A DNA stretch of 64,000 bases from Candidatus Latescibacterota bacterium (GTDB lineage: Bacteria; Latescibacterota; UBA2968; UBA8231). Numbering within the stretch: the stretch's first letter is position 1; each line of letters opens with the position of its first letter. Under the pieces are notes generated by a model. It was given only the letters and a program-made list of their open reading frames with translations, searched no databases and was not told where the DNA came from. Positions 39,196 through 49,055 of this stretch are shown here, in pieces. The translations under genes were made by a program, and so were the position numbers. The stretch covers positions 4,352,001 to 4,416,000 of the forward strand of contig CBDETK010000013.1 in the NCBI GenBank assembly GCA_965242865.1. The letters are read 5' to 3'.

Positions 39196-39571
39196 AAAAA
39201 CCTGCCTGTTGGAAATGGATGTGCTAATATAGAACCCAGCCCAAAGAGTGCATAGCGGGGTTTTTCGCAAAGCTATCTTGATAATACCCGAATCGGTGAA
39301 AATCGCCTTTCGCCCTCCTTTGACTGGCTGCGCGGCTCGTCGTGCTGGTTGAGCAGGTTGCCGGGCGGGGCCGGCCGAGATGCGTTTTTGACAAGCTCCC
39401 TCTTTGGCGTTCTCTTATACTCGTAGCCCTGAAGCGGAGCGTACTGTTCCGCCCGTCGAACGGACCGTGAAGATGAGAGTCGAAGATGCCGACGCGAACC
39501 GCTGATCCCAAGTGCTTGGACAAACCGACCGTCCCTCGGGGCCGGGCCGCCGAAATCGCAGAGGCCGTAGG

Positions 39572-40747
39572 ATGATTGGAAAGAGCGGTACGCTGCTGTT
39601 GGTCGTTGCCAGTTTGGCCGTTAGTGCCCTCGTCGTTGAAGGCTCTTTTTGGCTGTTCACTCGTTGGGCCGAGCCGGTCTATCCCGTGGTCCATTACAAG
39701 ACGGACGAGCGACATGTTAGTCTGGATTGCTACGACGACCACTTTGCGGGCACTCCCGACTTTGTATGTGGGGGGGTGGGGGAATTGACCTATGTAGGGA
39801 ATGCCAACATGGATCCCGCCCTCGCCGATCTATCGCCGCGGAATGCCAACATGGATCCCGCCCTCGCCGATCTATCGCCGCGCAAAGTGCCCAATGCCAT
39901 TGAGATACGCCTCAATGGAAGAGGCCTGCGCGAGCGGCCTATGGCTGCATTCGATGCACGGCGGGACAAAATCGTCGTGTTAGTCGGCGACTCCTTTTGC
40001 TTTGGTCAGGGGGTGCGGGTAGTGGACCGGTTTTCAAATGTCTTGGAAACCCGATTGAATCGGGAGCACCCAGCCGAGCGCTATCGCATCTTCAATACCT
40101 GTTATAAGGCCTGGGATGTCACGTGGAGTGCCAAAAGGATGTATGAATATGTCAAGTTCTTTGGTCGGGTCGATCTCGTCGTGTATTCGTTTGTCCTAAA
40201 CGATCCAATTCAGGATGGGCGTCTGCAGAAAAAGGAAAGAGAATTGTGGGGCCGACTGAAGTTGGAAGGTGAAGTTAACGATTTTATGCACTTGCGGACC
40301 AAGTCTGATGTACCGAGGCGACGGTCTGCCCGATTTTTGGCGGGATGGGATAGCTATACCCTGCGTTGGTTTGCCCTGCGTGTGCAGCGGCAGCAGACCG
40401 CCCGCGAGACCATTGAGTGGTATCGACAACTGTACACCAACAACTCCTATTGGCCCCAGACCCAAGAGTTGCTTCGCCAGATGAAGGATTACTGCGCAGC
40501 GAAGGGGATTGCATTCTCTTTGGTCGTTTGGCCTGTATTCCACCAACTCGACGCCTATCCCCTAACAGAGGTACACGAATTCATCGGGGCCGTGGCGCAG
40601 CAGGAGGGAATCCACTCCGTGGATCTGCTCCCGCTCTTCGCTGGCAAGGACGCCCAGCAGTACCGGGTTCACCCGACGGATTTTCATCCCAACAGTCGGG
40701 CGCATGCCGAAGTAGCGGCCTTTCTGTACGACGCTATTCCTTGGTAG
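39572..40747 (+). CDS. Membrane-anchored SGNH/GDSL hydrolase, copy 1
   Basis: N-terminal TM; GDSF, LND, DFHPN. Confidence 0.85.
   Translation: MIGKSGTLLLVVASLAVSALVVEGSFWLFTRWAEPVYPVVHYKTDERHVSLDCYDDHFAGTPDFVCGGVGELTYVGNANMDPALADLSPRNANMDPALADLSPRKVPNAIEIRLNGRGLRERPMAAFDARRDKIVVLVGDSFCFGQGVRVVDRFSNVLETRLNREHPAERYRIFNTCYKAWDVTWSAKRMYEYVKFFGRVDLVVYSFVLNDPIQDGRLQKKERELWGRLKLEGEVNDFMHLRTKSDVPRRRSARFLAGWDSYTLRWFALRVQRQQTARETIEWYRQLYTNNSYWPQTQELLRQMKDYCAAKGIAFSLVVWPVFHQLDAYPLTEVHEFIGAVAQQEGIHSVDLLPLFAGKDAQQYRVHPTDFHPNSRAHAEVAAFLYDAIPW
39799..39882 (+). repeat. Perfect 42-bp in-frame tandem duplication
   Basis: Unit 39799-39840 identical to 39841-39882; NANMDPALADLSPR twice. Confidence 0.95.
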
Positions 40748-41048
40748 TGAGGCGTCTAAAGGGGCAAGTTCGCGAAATGGGGTCTCACTTTTGAGAAAGG
40801 CCCCAGGTTGCCGCTCGGGTCAACGCCGTCGACCCGCTCGGGGCCGGTCGAGATGCGTTCTTGACGAGCCCTCTCTTTGGCGTTTTTTTATGCTCGTAGC
40901 CCTGAAGCGGAGCGTACTGTTCCGCCCGTCGAACGGACCGTGAAGATGAGAAACCACCCCCCATTGGCGATGCCGTTGCTGCTGCTCGCCGCGCCGGCCC
41001 CTCGTACGTCCCTCGGGGCCGGACCGCCGAAATCGCAGAGGCCGTAGG

Positions 41049-42182
41049 GTGATTAGAAAGAGCGGTACGCTGCTGTTGGTCGTTGCCAGTTTGGCCGTTA
41101 GTGCCCTCGTCGTTGAAGGCTCTTTTTGGCTGTTCGCTCGTTGGTCCGAGCCGATCTATCCCTTTATCAATTACATGACGGACGAGCCACGTGTTCGTCT
41201 GGATTGCTTCGACGACCACTTTGTGGGCACTCCCGACTTTGTCTGTGGGGGGGAATTGACCTATATGGATAATGGCTTCTTGAATCCCTCCCTCGCCGAT
41301 CTATCGCCGCGCAAAGTGCCCAATGCCATTGAGAATCGCCACAACGAAAAAAGACTGCGCGAGCGGCCCATGGCTGAGTTTGATGGGCGGCGGGACAAAA
41401 TCGTCGTGTTGGTTGGCGACTCCTTTTGCTATGGCATAGGGGTGCGGGTCGAGGATCGGTTTTCGAATGTCTTGGAAACCCGCTTGAATCGGGAGTACCC
41501 CGCCGAGCACTACCGGCTCTTCAATGGCTGTAAGCCGGGCTGGGGTATCGAGCATGTCTCCGGGAAAATGGAGCACTTTATCAATTACTTTGCTCGGGTT
41601 GACCGCGTCGTGTATTTGTTTGTCCTAAACGATCCAATTATGCGGGGGCATCTTTGGAAGTGGTTCAAAGAATCTAAAGGTATTACAGTTAAGAACGGGC
41701 GTCGTCCGAGGTTGGACGGTGAATTTAACAATCTTATGAGCGTGTTCTCCAGATCGAATGCAGCCCGATTTTTGGCGGGACGGGATAGCTATACCCTGCG
41801 TTGGTTTGCCGCTCGCTTACAGCGGCAGCAGACCGCCCACGAGACCATTGAGTGGTATCGACAACTCTACACCAACAACCCCCATTGGCCCCAGACCCGA
41901 GAGTTGCTTCGCGGGATGAAGGATTACTGCTCGGCGAGGGGAATTGCATTCTCTTTGGTCGTCTGGCCTCTATTCTATAAACTCGAAGCCTATCCCCTAA
42001 CAGAGATACACGAAATTATCGAGGTCGTAGCGCAGCAGGAGGGAATCCATTACGTGGATCTGCTCCCGCTCTTCGCTGGCAAGGACGCCCGGGATTATTG
42101 GATTCACCCGACGGATTTTCATCCCAACAGTCGGGCACACGCCGAAGCAGCGGCCTTTCTGTACGACGCCATTCCTTGGTAG
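41049..42182 (+). CDS. Membrane-anchored SGNH/GDSL hydrolase, copy 2 (tandem paralog)
   Basis: Same motifs, near-identical N- and C-termini to copy 1. Confidence 0.85.
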   Translation: MIRKSGTLLLVVASLAVSALVVEGSFWLFARWSEPIYPFINYMTDEPRVRLDCFDDHFVGTPDFVCGGELTYMDNGFLNPSLADLSPRKVPNAIENRHNEKRLRERPMAEFDGRRDKIVVLVGDSFCYGIGVRVEDRFSNVLETRLNREYPAEHYRLFNGCKPGWGIEHVSGKMEHFINYFARVDRVVYLFVLNDPIMRGHLWKWFKESKGITVKNGRRPRLDGEFNNLMSVFSRSNAARFLAGRDSYTLRWFAARLQRQQTAHETIEWYRQLYTNNPHWPQTRELLRGMKDYCSARGIAFSLVVWPLFYKLEAYPLTEIHEIIEVVAQQEGIHYVDLLPLFAGKDARDYWIHPTDFHPNSRAHAEAAAFLYDAIPW

Positions 42183-42204
42183 TCTTAAACGCTGAGGTCG
42201 GGAT

Positions 42205-44337
42205 ATGCTCTTTGTTGGTCTTTTGCTCGGCGCGTTGAGTGCCTTGCCGGCTTTCGCTTTTAACGCGTACAAACTCGGCGGCGAGGACGGCAATGCTTGG
42301 ACGGCGGCCCTGTCGTTTGAGCCGGGGCACTACGCGGTGCTCGATTCGGCCGGTGCGCCGATTGAACTGCGTCCGGTGGCTTCCAATATCGCTTATGCCA
42401 CGTGGGAAGATACGCTCAACGAGATCGTCGATGCGGCCGATGGGCTGTGGATGCGCCCATTTTTCGTGCGGCCGGATTTGAACTTGGCGCACCCTGCAGT
42501 CCGCACCCGCATTGCCCGCGGCATTTCCAACAACATCACCACCAGCGGAAGCTGCAGCGACATCTCCACCCAACTGGTGCAGGTGGCCCCGATGTTCGAC
42601 GGCGACCCCAACACCGCGGCCTTTTTTAACGTCAGCACCAGCGAGAACAGCGGCATCCAGACCCGCTTGTACGTCCAAAACTCAATCGTCGAGCTGGGCG
42701 TCAACTATCCGATCAATCGAATCCGCTTTTACCCGCGGCTGGGCACGACCAACCCCAAAATCGACGAGCTGCTCGCGCTGATGGGCGAGCCGCGGCTGAC
42801 CAAAGAAACCTTGGCCGAGGAGGATTTTACTGAAAACTTTCTGCCGTGGTACGAGGTCTCGGCGGCCAACAGCTCCAACAACTTTGCCTCCCACTGCTAT
42901 TTGAGCACCTCCGAGAACCGCTGGTTCACGCGGATCAGCAGCACCCGCGTAGATGCGCCCAACGACTCGCGGCTGATTACCCTGAGCAAAGAAACCGAAA
43001 ACTTGGACCCAATCGTCGATATCCGCTTCCCCACTCAGCAGTTCCAATGGGTAGCCGTGCGCCCGCTCAACCCAATTGAAAACTGGGAGATCGCCGAGTT
43101 TGAGATTTTTGGCGAAGGCTTTGTCGAACGCGCCGTGTACACCACGGCCGTGCTCGACTTTGGCACGCCCATGGCGTGGGGCAAAATTCGCTGGGATGGC
43201 GCGTTTGCGGAGGGAGCGAATGCAATCATTCGCACGCGCTCGGGCCGCGACCCAGACCCCAATTTGTACTGGGTGCCGAGCAACATAGAAGGCGAGCCGA
43301 CGCCATTGATCCGCAAGGAGTTTGAACGCGCCGATTTGTCCGTGCGCTTTACAACCCTCGACGAAGAGAACTGGAGCTTCTGGTCGGCGCCCTACGCGTT
43401 AACGGCTGGTCAGCGCGATTCGACCTTAGCAGCGGCCGCGTGGGCCGATGGCACCCCCATCCTCTCGCCCGGCCCCGAGCGCTATTTGCAAATCCAAGTC
43501 ATCTTTCTGTCGAGCCTGCACCAAGCCGGTGCGTTGCGCGAACTAGAAATTCAATTCGCTCCGCCAGCTGCCTTAAAGGTCGTCGGGGAGATTTGGCCGC
43601 AGGACGTCTCGCGCAACGAGAGCACGCACTTCACCTATAGTGTGCGCCCGACCTTTGCCCAAGGCGACACCGGCTTTGATCGGCTGGAAATTTTCACCCT
43701 GACCCGCGCCGAGGCCGTGCATGCCGTGCGCGTGGATGGCGTCGTTTTGGGCCGCGACTTTCCGGTCGAAATCCTCGACGACCGCATCGTCGTGGCCTTG
43801 CCCAAGCTGGCGGGCGCGGGCGACACCTTCAAGCTCATCGAGGTGGAATTCGCCGCCCACGTGGTGCGCTATGGAACCCAGTTTCAAGGCTGGGTTTTCG
43901 ATAGCGAGAGCGACGGCGTCAAACAACTCATCGATCCCGGGGATGCCAACATCGACTTTCCGGGCAATTCCCTCGGCGTGCGCACCGACGAGTTGGGCGC
44001 GAATCCGCTGGCGCAAGTGCGCGTCGCGCCCAATCCATTCACCCCCAATGGCGATGGCCTCAACGACGCGGCCGAATTCCGCTTTCAGTTGCACGACGTG
44101 TCCGTGCAGCGCACGCTCACCGTGGGCATCTACGATTTGGCCGGCCGGCCGGTGCGCCAGCTAAAGCAGCTAAACGCGATTCGCGGCTTGTTTGACCGCG
44201 GCGCGGCCGTGCCGGCATGGGATGGTCGCGACGACGCTGGCCAGCCAGTGCCGCCGGGCCACTATCTCTATCGCATCTCACTGGACACGGACGCCGAAAC
44301 CGCAAGCCGGGTCGGCACGATCTCGCTCGCCTACTGA
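42205..44337 (+). CDS. Secreted protein with FlgD-Ig / T9SS-type C-terminal domain (paralog of 36538-39195)
   Basis: INRIRFYPR, EFEIFGEGF, SPGPERY, PNPFTPNGDGLND, WDGRDDAGQPVPPGHY. Confidence 0.8.
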   Translation: MLFVGLLLGALSALPAFAFNAYKLGGEDGNAWTAALSFEPGHYAVLDSAGAPIELRPVASNIAYATWEDTLNEIVDAADGLWMRPFFVRPDLNLAHPAVRTRIARGISNNITTSGSCSDISTQLVQVAPMFDGDPNTAAFFNVSTSENSGIQTRLYVQNSIVELGVNYPINRIRFYPRLGTTNPKIDELLALMGEPRLTKETLAEEDFTENFLPWYEVSAANSSNNFASHCYLSTSENRWFTRISSTRVDAPNDSRLITLSKETENLDPIVDIRFPTQQFQWVAVRPLNPIENWEIAEFEIFGEGFVERAVYTTAVLDFGTPMAWGKIRWDGAFAEGANAIIRTRSGRDPDPNLYWVPSNIEGEPTPLIRKEFERADLSVRFTTLDEENWSFWSAPYALTAGQRDSTLAAAAWADGTPILSPGPERYLQIQVIFLSSLHQAGALRELEIQFAPPAALKVVGEIWPQDVSRNESTHFTYSVRPTFAQGDTGFDRLEIFTLTRAEAVHAVRVDGVVLGRDFPVEILDDRIVVALPKLAGAGDTFKLIEVEFAAHVVRYGTQFQGWVFDSESDGVKQLIDPGDANIDFPGNSLGVRTDELGANPLAQVRVAPNPFTPNGDGLNDAAEFRFQLHDVSVQRTLTVGIYDLAGRPVRQLKQLNAIRGLFDRGAAVPAWDGRDDAGQPVPPGHYLYRISLDTDAETASRVGTISLAY

Positions 44338-44343
44338 TGCACA

Positions 44344-46149
44344 ATGCACTGGGGAAGGGGTGCGCTGTGGTGGGTCGCTTGGGCACTGCCCGCATGCATG
44401 CCGGCCGACTCGCCGGTGGTCGCAGCGATTGGCCCGCATCGCATTGACGCCGACTCACTGCGCGCGTACGTCGAGCAACTTCCCGCCGAAGACCTCGGCT
44501 TGTTGGACGCTGGCCAGCCCCAAGACGCCGCGGCGGTTAGACGCCAGTATCTCCAGCTAATCATCGATCGCTATCTGTTGCAATCGGCGGGCCGCGCTCA
44601 GGAGCTAGCCGCCGCCGAGATCTGCGCTTATTACCAAGACCCGTATCCCGCCGCCCTAGCCGAGGGCGCGCCCGGGGCCTTGTTGGCGAGGTTGCGGCAA
44701 CAGCGCGGCCCTGAGGTGCGCGTCTATCCCGAGCCGCTAGACCGGGCCTTGCCGGATTCACTGCTGGCACGCAAAGCCCGGCAGTGGGGCGTGCTGTTGA
44801 GCCAGCGCGGCCAAGCGTTGCTCAAACAGGGCCGCCACCGCCGGGCCGTTGCCGTGCTGGAGCGAGCGACCGCGCACGCGCCCAGCCGCGCACAAACGCA
44901 TTTCTACCTAGGATTGGCCTACGCCCGCTTGGCCGAGAACGAGCGGGCCGCACCCGCGTTTGAACGCGCCATAGCCCTCGCGCCGGAAGAGGCCGACTTT
45001 CACTACGCACTGGGCACTGCCTTGCAAATGCAGCATCGGTACGAGGACGCGGCCGCTTGTTTTCAGCGGGCCATTGAACAAAGCGCGGACCAGCCCCACT
45101 ACCACTTTCGCCTCGGGGAGGTGCGGCGGTCTTTGGCGGACTTTGACGGGGCGTTGGCCGCATACGACGCAGTGCTCGCATTGCAACCCGACCACGCCCG
45201 AGCCCTGCACCGGCGCAGCGACTTGCTGGCCCGCCGCGGCGATTTGGTTGCGGCCGCCGCCGGGCTTAAAAGGGTCTTGGCCTTGACGCCGGAAAACGCG
45301 GCCGCGCTCGTCGATTTGGCCGGCATCTATACCAAGCAGCAGGATCCCGCCGCGGTCCCTACTTTGGAACGCGCACTCCAGTTAAATCCGGCCGATTACA
45401 GCGTCCATTACCTGCTGAGTTTGGCCTACGCACAAGCGGGGCAACCCGACCAAGCGGCGGCCGCGGCGGCCGAGTTCCAGCGGCTGAGTGCCGCAGACCG
45501 CCACTACAAGGAGGGGCTACGCAATGCCAAGCGCGGCTCTTGGGATCGCGCCACGACGCTGCTGACCCGCGCCGTGGCGGCCAATTCCTCCCATGTGTTG
45601 GCGCACATTCGTTTGGGCATGGTCTATCTGTATCAAGACGAGCCTGCGCGGGGCATCTCAGCCCTCAACCGCGCCCTCGCGCTGGCCCCGCACCACGTGG
45701 AGGTTCACTGCCTGTTGGGCGAGGCGTATGCCGCGAGCGGCCAGCCGGACTCGGCGCGTCATTTCTTTAAGCGAGCGCTGGGCGTGGATTCTACTGCGGT
45801 GCGGGCGCATTACGGCTCGGCCAAGGTGGCGTACCAAGCCGGCGATTTGCCGGCCGCGGTGATCGCCAGCCAACGCGCCTTGGCCAGCGACCCGGACCAC
45901 CGCGACAGCCATTATTTGCTCGGATTGGCGCACCTGCAATTGGGGCAGCCGCGCCAGGCTTGGCGCAGCTTTCAGGCGTGTATTGAGCTCGATCCCGACG
46001 ACGCGGAAGCCCTTTACAGGCAAGGCTCGCTGTTGGTGCGCCACGGTTCAGCGGACGAAGCCGAGCGCGTCTTGGCCCAGGTCTTGCAGCACGATCCCAA
46101 CCACGCGGAGGCGCGACAGCAACTGGCGCGCTTGGAGCGGGAGCCATGA
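44344..46149 (+). CDS. TPR-rich lipoprotein with SurA/PrsA-like N-terminus
   Basis: Lipobox LPAC, VVAAIGPHRI..., more than ten TPR units. Confidence 0.8.
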   Translation: MHWGRGALWWVAWALPACMPADSPVVAAIGPHRIDADSLRAYVEQLPAEDLGLLDAGQPQDAAAVRRQYLQLIIDRYLLQSAGRAQELAAAEICAYYQDPYPAALAEGAPGALLARLRQQRGPEVRVYPEPLDRALPDSLLARKARQWGVLLSQRGQALLKQGRHRRAVAVLERATAHAPSRAQTHFYLGLAYARLAENERAAPAFERAIALAPEEADFHYALGTALQMQHRYEDAAACFQRAIEQSADQPHYHFRLGEVRRSLADFDGALAAYDAVLALQPDHARALHRRSDLLARRGDLVAAAAGLKRVLALTPENAAALVDLAGIYTKQQDPAAVPTLERALQLNPADYSVHYLLSLAYAQAGQPDQAAAAAAEFQRLSAADRHYKEGLRNAKRGSWDRATTLLTRAVAANSSHVLAHIRLGMVYLYQDEPARGISALNRALALAPHHVEVHCLLGEAYAASGQPDSARHFFKRALGVDSTAVRAHYGSAKVAYQAGDLPAAVIASQRALASDPDHRDSHYLLGLAHLQLGQPRQAWRSFQACIELDPDDAEALYRQGSLLVRHGSADEAERVLAQVLQHDPNHAEARQQLARLEREP

Positions 46150-46440
46150 ACGTACCTTGGGTTGAGAGCAATTTAGACTGTAGTGCGTTCCGCCGACCAT
46201 TGTTTTCCCTTGCGCTGGTGATGGGGTGTAGCAATCCTAAATCATTCAGTATGGAGTCAGCCTGCTTGGTTGGTAAATCAGCGGAACCATTGCCGACAAC
46301 ATCCTCGAGCAAGGCATAAGGGCCATGAACCTAGAAGCGTGTCAAGGCCAGGGCGCGGCCCCAACCAATCTCTTGGCGTTTGGTTTCCAAAAGGGCGAAC
46401 AAAAATTCACGAGGCCCAGAAGTCGCTGCTAACTACAAGC

Positions 46441-47427
46441 TCAACTGTCCCTCGGCACGGCCATCATTCGCTCCAACGCCCGCCGCGCCCCCGCAATCAC
46501 TTCGTCGTCTAGCTCGATTTCGTAGCGCTCGTAAAGCAGGGAAAAGTACACGTCTTGCAGGTCGGTGATCTTCATGTACGGGCAGTGTAGCCGGCAGCCA
46601 ATGCAGCCGTCAGCCGCTACGAACTCTTGGTGGGGGAAGCGCTGCCGGAGCTGGTGCAACATGCCGTTTTCCGTGGCGATGATGAAGCTCTTGGCCGCGG
46701 GATACTTTTCTACGGCCTTGAGCATCCCCGTGGTCGAGCACACTTCGTGCGCTATTTCGACCACGTCCTCGCGGCATTCTGGGTGCGCGATGATGACGGC
46801 CTCGGGATAGTCCGTGCGGGTGCGCTCGACGCTGGCGGCGCGCAGCACGTCGTGCGTTGGGCAAGCGCCGTCGTACACGACGATTTCTTTTTCTGGCACC
46901 TGCTCGGCCACCCAGCGGCCCAAGTTGCGATCGGGCGTAAAGAGGATTTTGTCGCTAGCGAGGCTGCGCACCACTGAGACGGCGTTGGCCGAGGTGCAGC
47001 AGATGTCGGACTCGGCCTTCACCTCGGCCGTGGAGTTGACGTACGTCACCACCGCGTGATCGGGATAGTCGGCTTTCCAATCGTCGAGGCTTTCGGGGGT
47101 GATGGAGTCGGCCAGCGAACAGCCCGCGCCCAAATGGGGCAAGAACACCTGCTTGTCCGGGCTGAGGATTTTGGCCGACTCGGCCATGAAATGCACGCCG
47201 CAAAAGACGATGCGCTCGGCATCCGCGTTGGCCGCTTCTACGGACAGCCCGAGCGAATCGCCCGTGAAGTCGGCCAAGTCTTGGATCGGCGGAATCTGGT
47301 AGTTGTGCGCGAGGATGACCGCGTTTTGCTCGCGGCGCAAGCGGTCGATCTGGGCGATGAGCTCCTCGGCCGGCAGGTCGCTGTAGTACTGCCCGGCGGC
47401 TGGGGCGAGCGTCTGTGAGTAGGTCAT
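46441..47427 (-). CDS. nadA: Quinolinate synthase
   Basis: LAHNYQ, GDSL, FCGVHFMAE, YVNS, CTSANA, AHPEC, CPYMK. Confidence 0.96.
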   Translation of the reverse strand: MTYSQTLAPAAGQYYSDLPAEELIAQIDRLRREQNAVILAHNYQIPPIQDLADFTGDSLGLSVEAANADAERIVFCGVHFMAESAKILSPDKQVFLPHLGAGCSLADSITPESLDDWKADYPDHAVVTYVNSTAEVKAESDICCTSANAVSVVRSLASDKILFTPDRNLGRWVAEQVPEKEIVVYDGACPTHDVLRAASVERTRTDYPEAVIIAHPECREDVVEIAHEVCSTTGMLKAVEKYPAAKSFIIATENGMLHQLRQRFPHQEFVAADGCIGCRLHCPYMKITDLQDVYFSLLYERYEIELDDEVIAGARRALERMMAVPRDS

Positions 47428-47633
47428 GGCTTGACTTGCGCTCCTTCGTCGGGGGGGATGGTCTCGGTGCCGTTGGGAAAAACGCGCCAAAACTCCTTGC
47501 GAATGAGGCCGGCGATCATGGCGCTTTTGCTGCTGCCGTGATAGCGGGCAATCGCGTCGAGCATCTCGTGGTCCCGGTCGGGGGCCGAAAAGGTTCGCAC
47601 CTTGGCCCGGCGGCTTTGGTCTTTGGTTGGCAT
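47424..47633 (-). CDS. Small ribbon-helix-helix DNA-binding protein
   Basis: Beta-strand VRTFSA, helix DHEMLDAIARYHG, turn SSKSAMIAGLIR; TGA overlaps nadA ATG. Confidence 0.72.
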   Translation of the reverse strand: MPTKDQSRRAKVRTFSAPDRDHEMLDAIARYHGSSKSAMIAGLIRKEFWRVFPNGTETIPPDEGAQVKP

Positions 47634-47639
47634 GAAATT

Positions 47640-47705
47640 ATTTATATTTTATATAAATTTTAATCAATATATATGTAATCTAACGAATCGCCGCCCGCCC
47701 GTCAA
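47640..47705 (-). promoter_or_regulatory. Sigma70 promoter and palindromic operator of RHH-nadA
   Basis: TTGACG(47705-47700)-N17-TAGATT(47682-47677); inverted repeat ATTTATAT-N3-ATATAAAT at 47640-47658. Confidence 0.7.
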
Positions 47706-47760
47706 TAAAATGTACCCATTTTTTAACGAAATTTTCGCAAGGGAAGGATGGGACTCGGCT

Positions 47761-48987
47761 CTAGAGCTGGCTAATCCGCGCCATGGCCTCTTCGATGCGG
47801 TCGCGGTGATTGAAGGCCGACAGGCGCAAGTACCCCTCGCCAGCCGCGCCAAAACCCGCCCCCGGCGTGCCGACGATGTGGGCCTTGTCGAGCAAGGAGT
47901 CGAAATAGGCCCAGCTGTCCTGCCCGTCGGGCGTGGCCACCCACAAATAGGGAGCGTGCTCGCCCCCATGCACGGTAAGCCCCGCCGCGCCCAACCGCTG
48001 GCGCATGATCGCGGCGTTTTCCATGTAGAACGCCACGCGCTCGGCAATGCCCTGCTGCCCGGCCGGCGAGTACGCGGCGGCCGCCCCGCGCTGCACTGGG
48101 TACGCCACGCCGTTGAACTTGGTCGAGTGACGCCGCGCCCACAGCCGATGCAGGTCTAATTCCTCGCCCGAACCCGCCCGGCCCATGAGTTCCTTTGGCA
48201 CCACAGTGTACCCACAGCGCAGGCCGGTAAAGCCGGCATTCTTGGAAAAACTGCGAAACTCAATGGCGACCTCTCGACCGCCTTCGACCTCGTAGATAGA
48301 GTGCGGGAGCGACGGATCCGTGATGTAGCTCTCGTAGGCCGCGTCAAACAGAATGACCGCCTGTTCCCGCCGAGCGTATTCGATCCAGCGGGCCAAGGCG
48401 TCGCGGGTCATGGCCGCGCCCGTGGGATTGTTGGGCGAGCACAAGTAAATCAGATCGACGTGCTCTGTGGGCAAGTCCGGGATGAAGCCGTTGGCGGCCG
48501 TACACGGCATGTAAATCAAACCGGCGTACGAGCCGTGCGCGTCGGCCGGGCCGGTGCGCCCCGCCATGACATTGGAATCGCAGTACACGGGATAGACCGG
48601 ATCGGTCAACGCAACGACGCAATCACTGGCGAAAATTTCCTGCACATTGCCCGAGTCGCACTTGGACCCGTCGGAGACAAAAATCTCGTCGCAGTGAACC
48701 GATACGCCGCGGGCGTCAAAGTCGTGCTCGGCAATGGCGGCGCGCAAAAATTCTTGGCCTTGGTCCGGCGGATAGCCCTGTAAGGTGTCGTCGTGGGCCA
48801 TTTCCTCGACGGCCTCTTTCATCGCATCGACGATCGGGCGCGGGATGCCCTTGACTACATCGCCGATCCCCAGGCGAATCACATCGGCCTGCGGGTGCGC
48901 GGCCGCAAACGCATCGACCCGGCGGGCGATTTCTGGAAAGAGGTAACCGGCTTTGAGCTTGAGGTAGTGGTCGTTGATATGCGCCAT
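47761..48987 (-). CDS. dapL: LL-diaminopimelate aminotransferase
   Basis: [48 protein letters not shown]. Confidence 0.95.
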   Translation of the reverse strand: MAHINDHYLKLKAGYLFPEIARRVDAFAAAHPQADVIRLGIGDVVKGIPRPIVDAMKEAVEEMAHDDTLQGYPPDQGQEFLRAAIAEHDFDARGVSVHCDEIFVSDGSKCDSGNVQEIFASDCVVALTDPVYPVYCDSNVMAGRTGPADAHGSYAGLIYMPCTAANGFIPDLPTEHVDLIYLCSPNNPTGAAMTRDALARWIEYARREQAVILFDAAYESYITDPSLPHSIYEVEGGREVAIEFRSFSKNAGFTGLRCGYTVVPKELMGRAGSGEELDLHRLWARRHSTKFNGVAYPVQRGAAAAYSPAGQQGIAERVAFYMENAAIMRQRLGAAGLTVHGGEHAPYLWVATPDGQDSWAYFDSLLDKAHIVGTPGAGFGAAGEGYLRLSAFNHRDRIEEAMARISQL

Positions 48988-49055
48988 GGCATTGCTTTCT
49001 TTGTTTGAAGGAATTACAGGATTGACGAGGATAAGAAGGATAAGGAATCCAAACC

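Noticed and set aside
39388-39421. Sigma70 promoter TTGACA...TATACT before SGNH copy 1
   Set aside because: Spacer is 22 bp, too long to call
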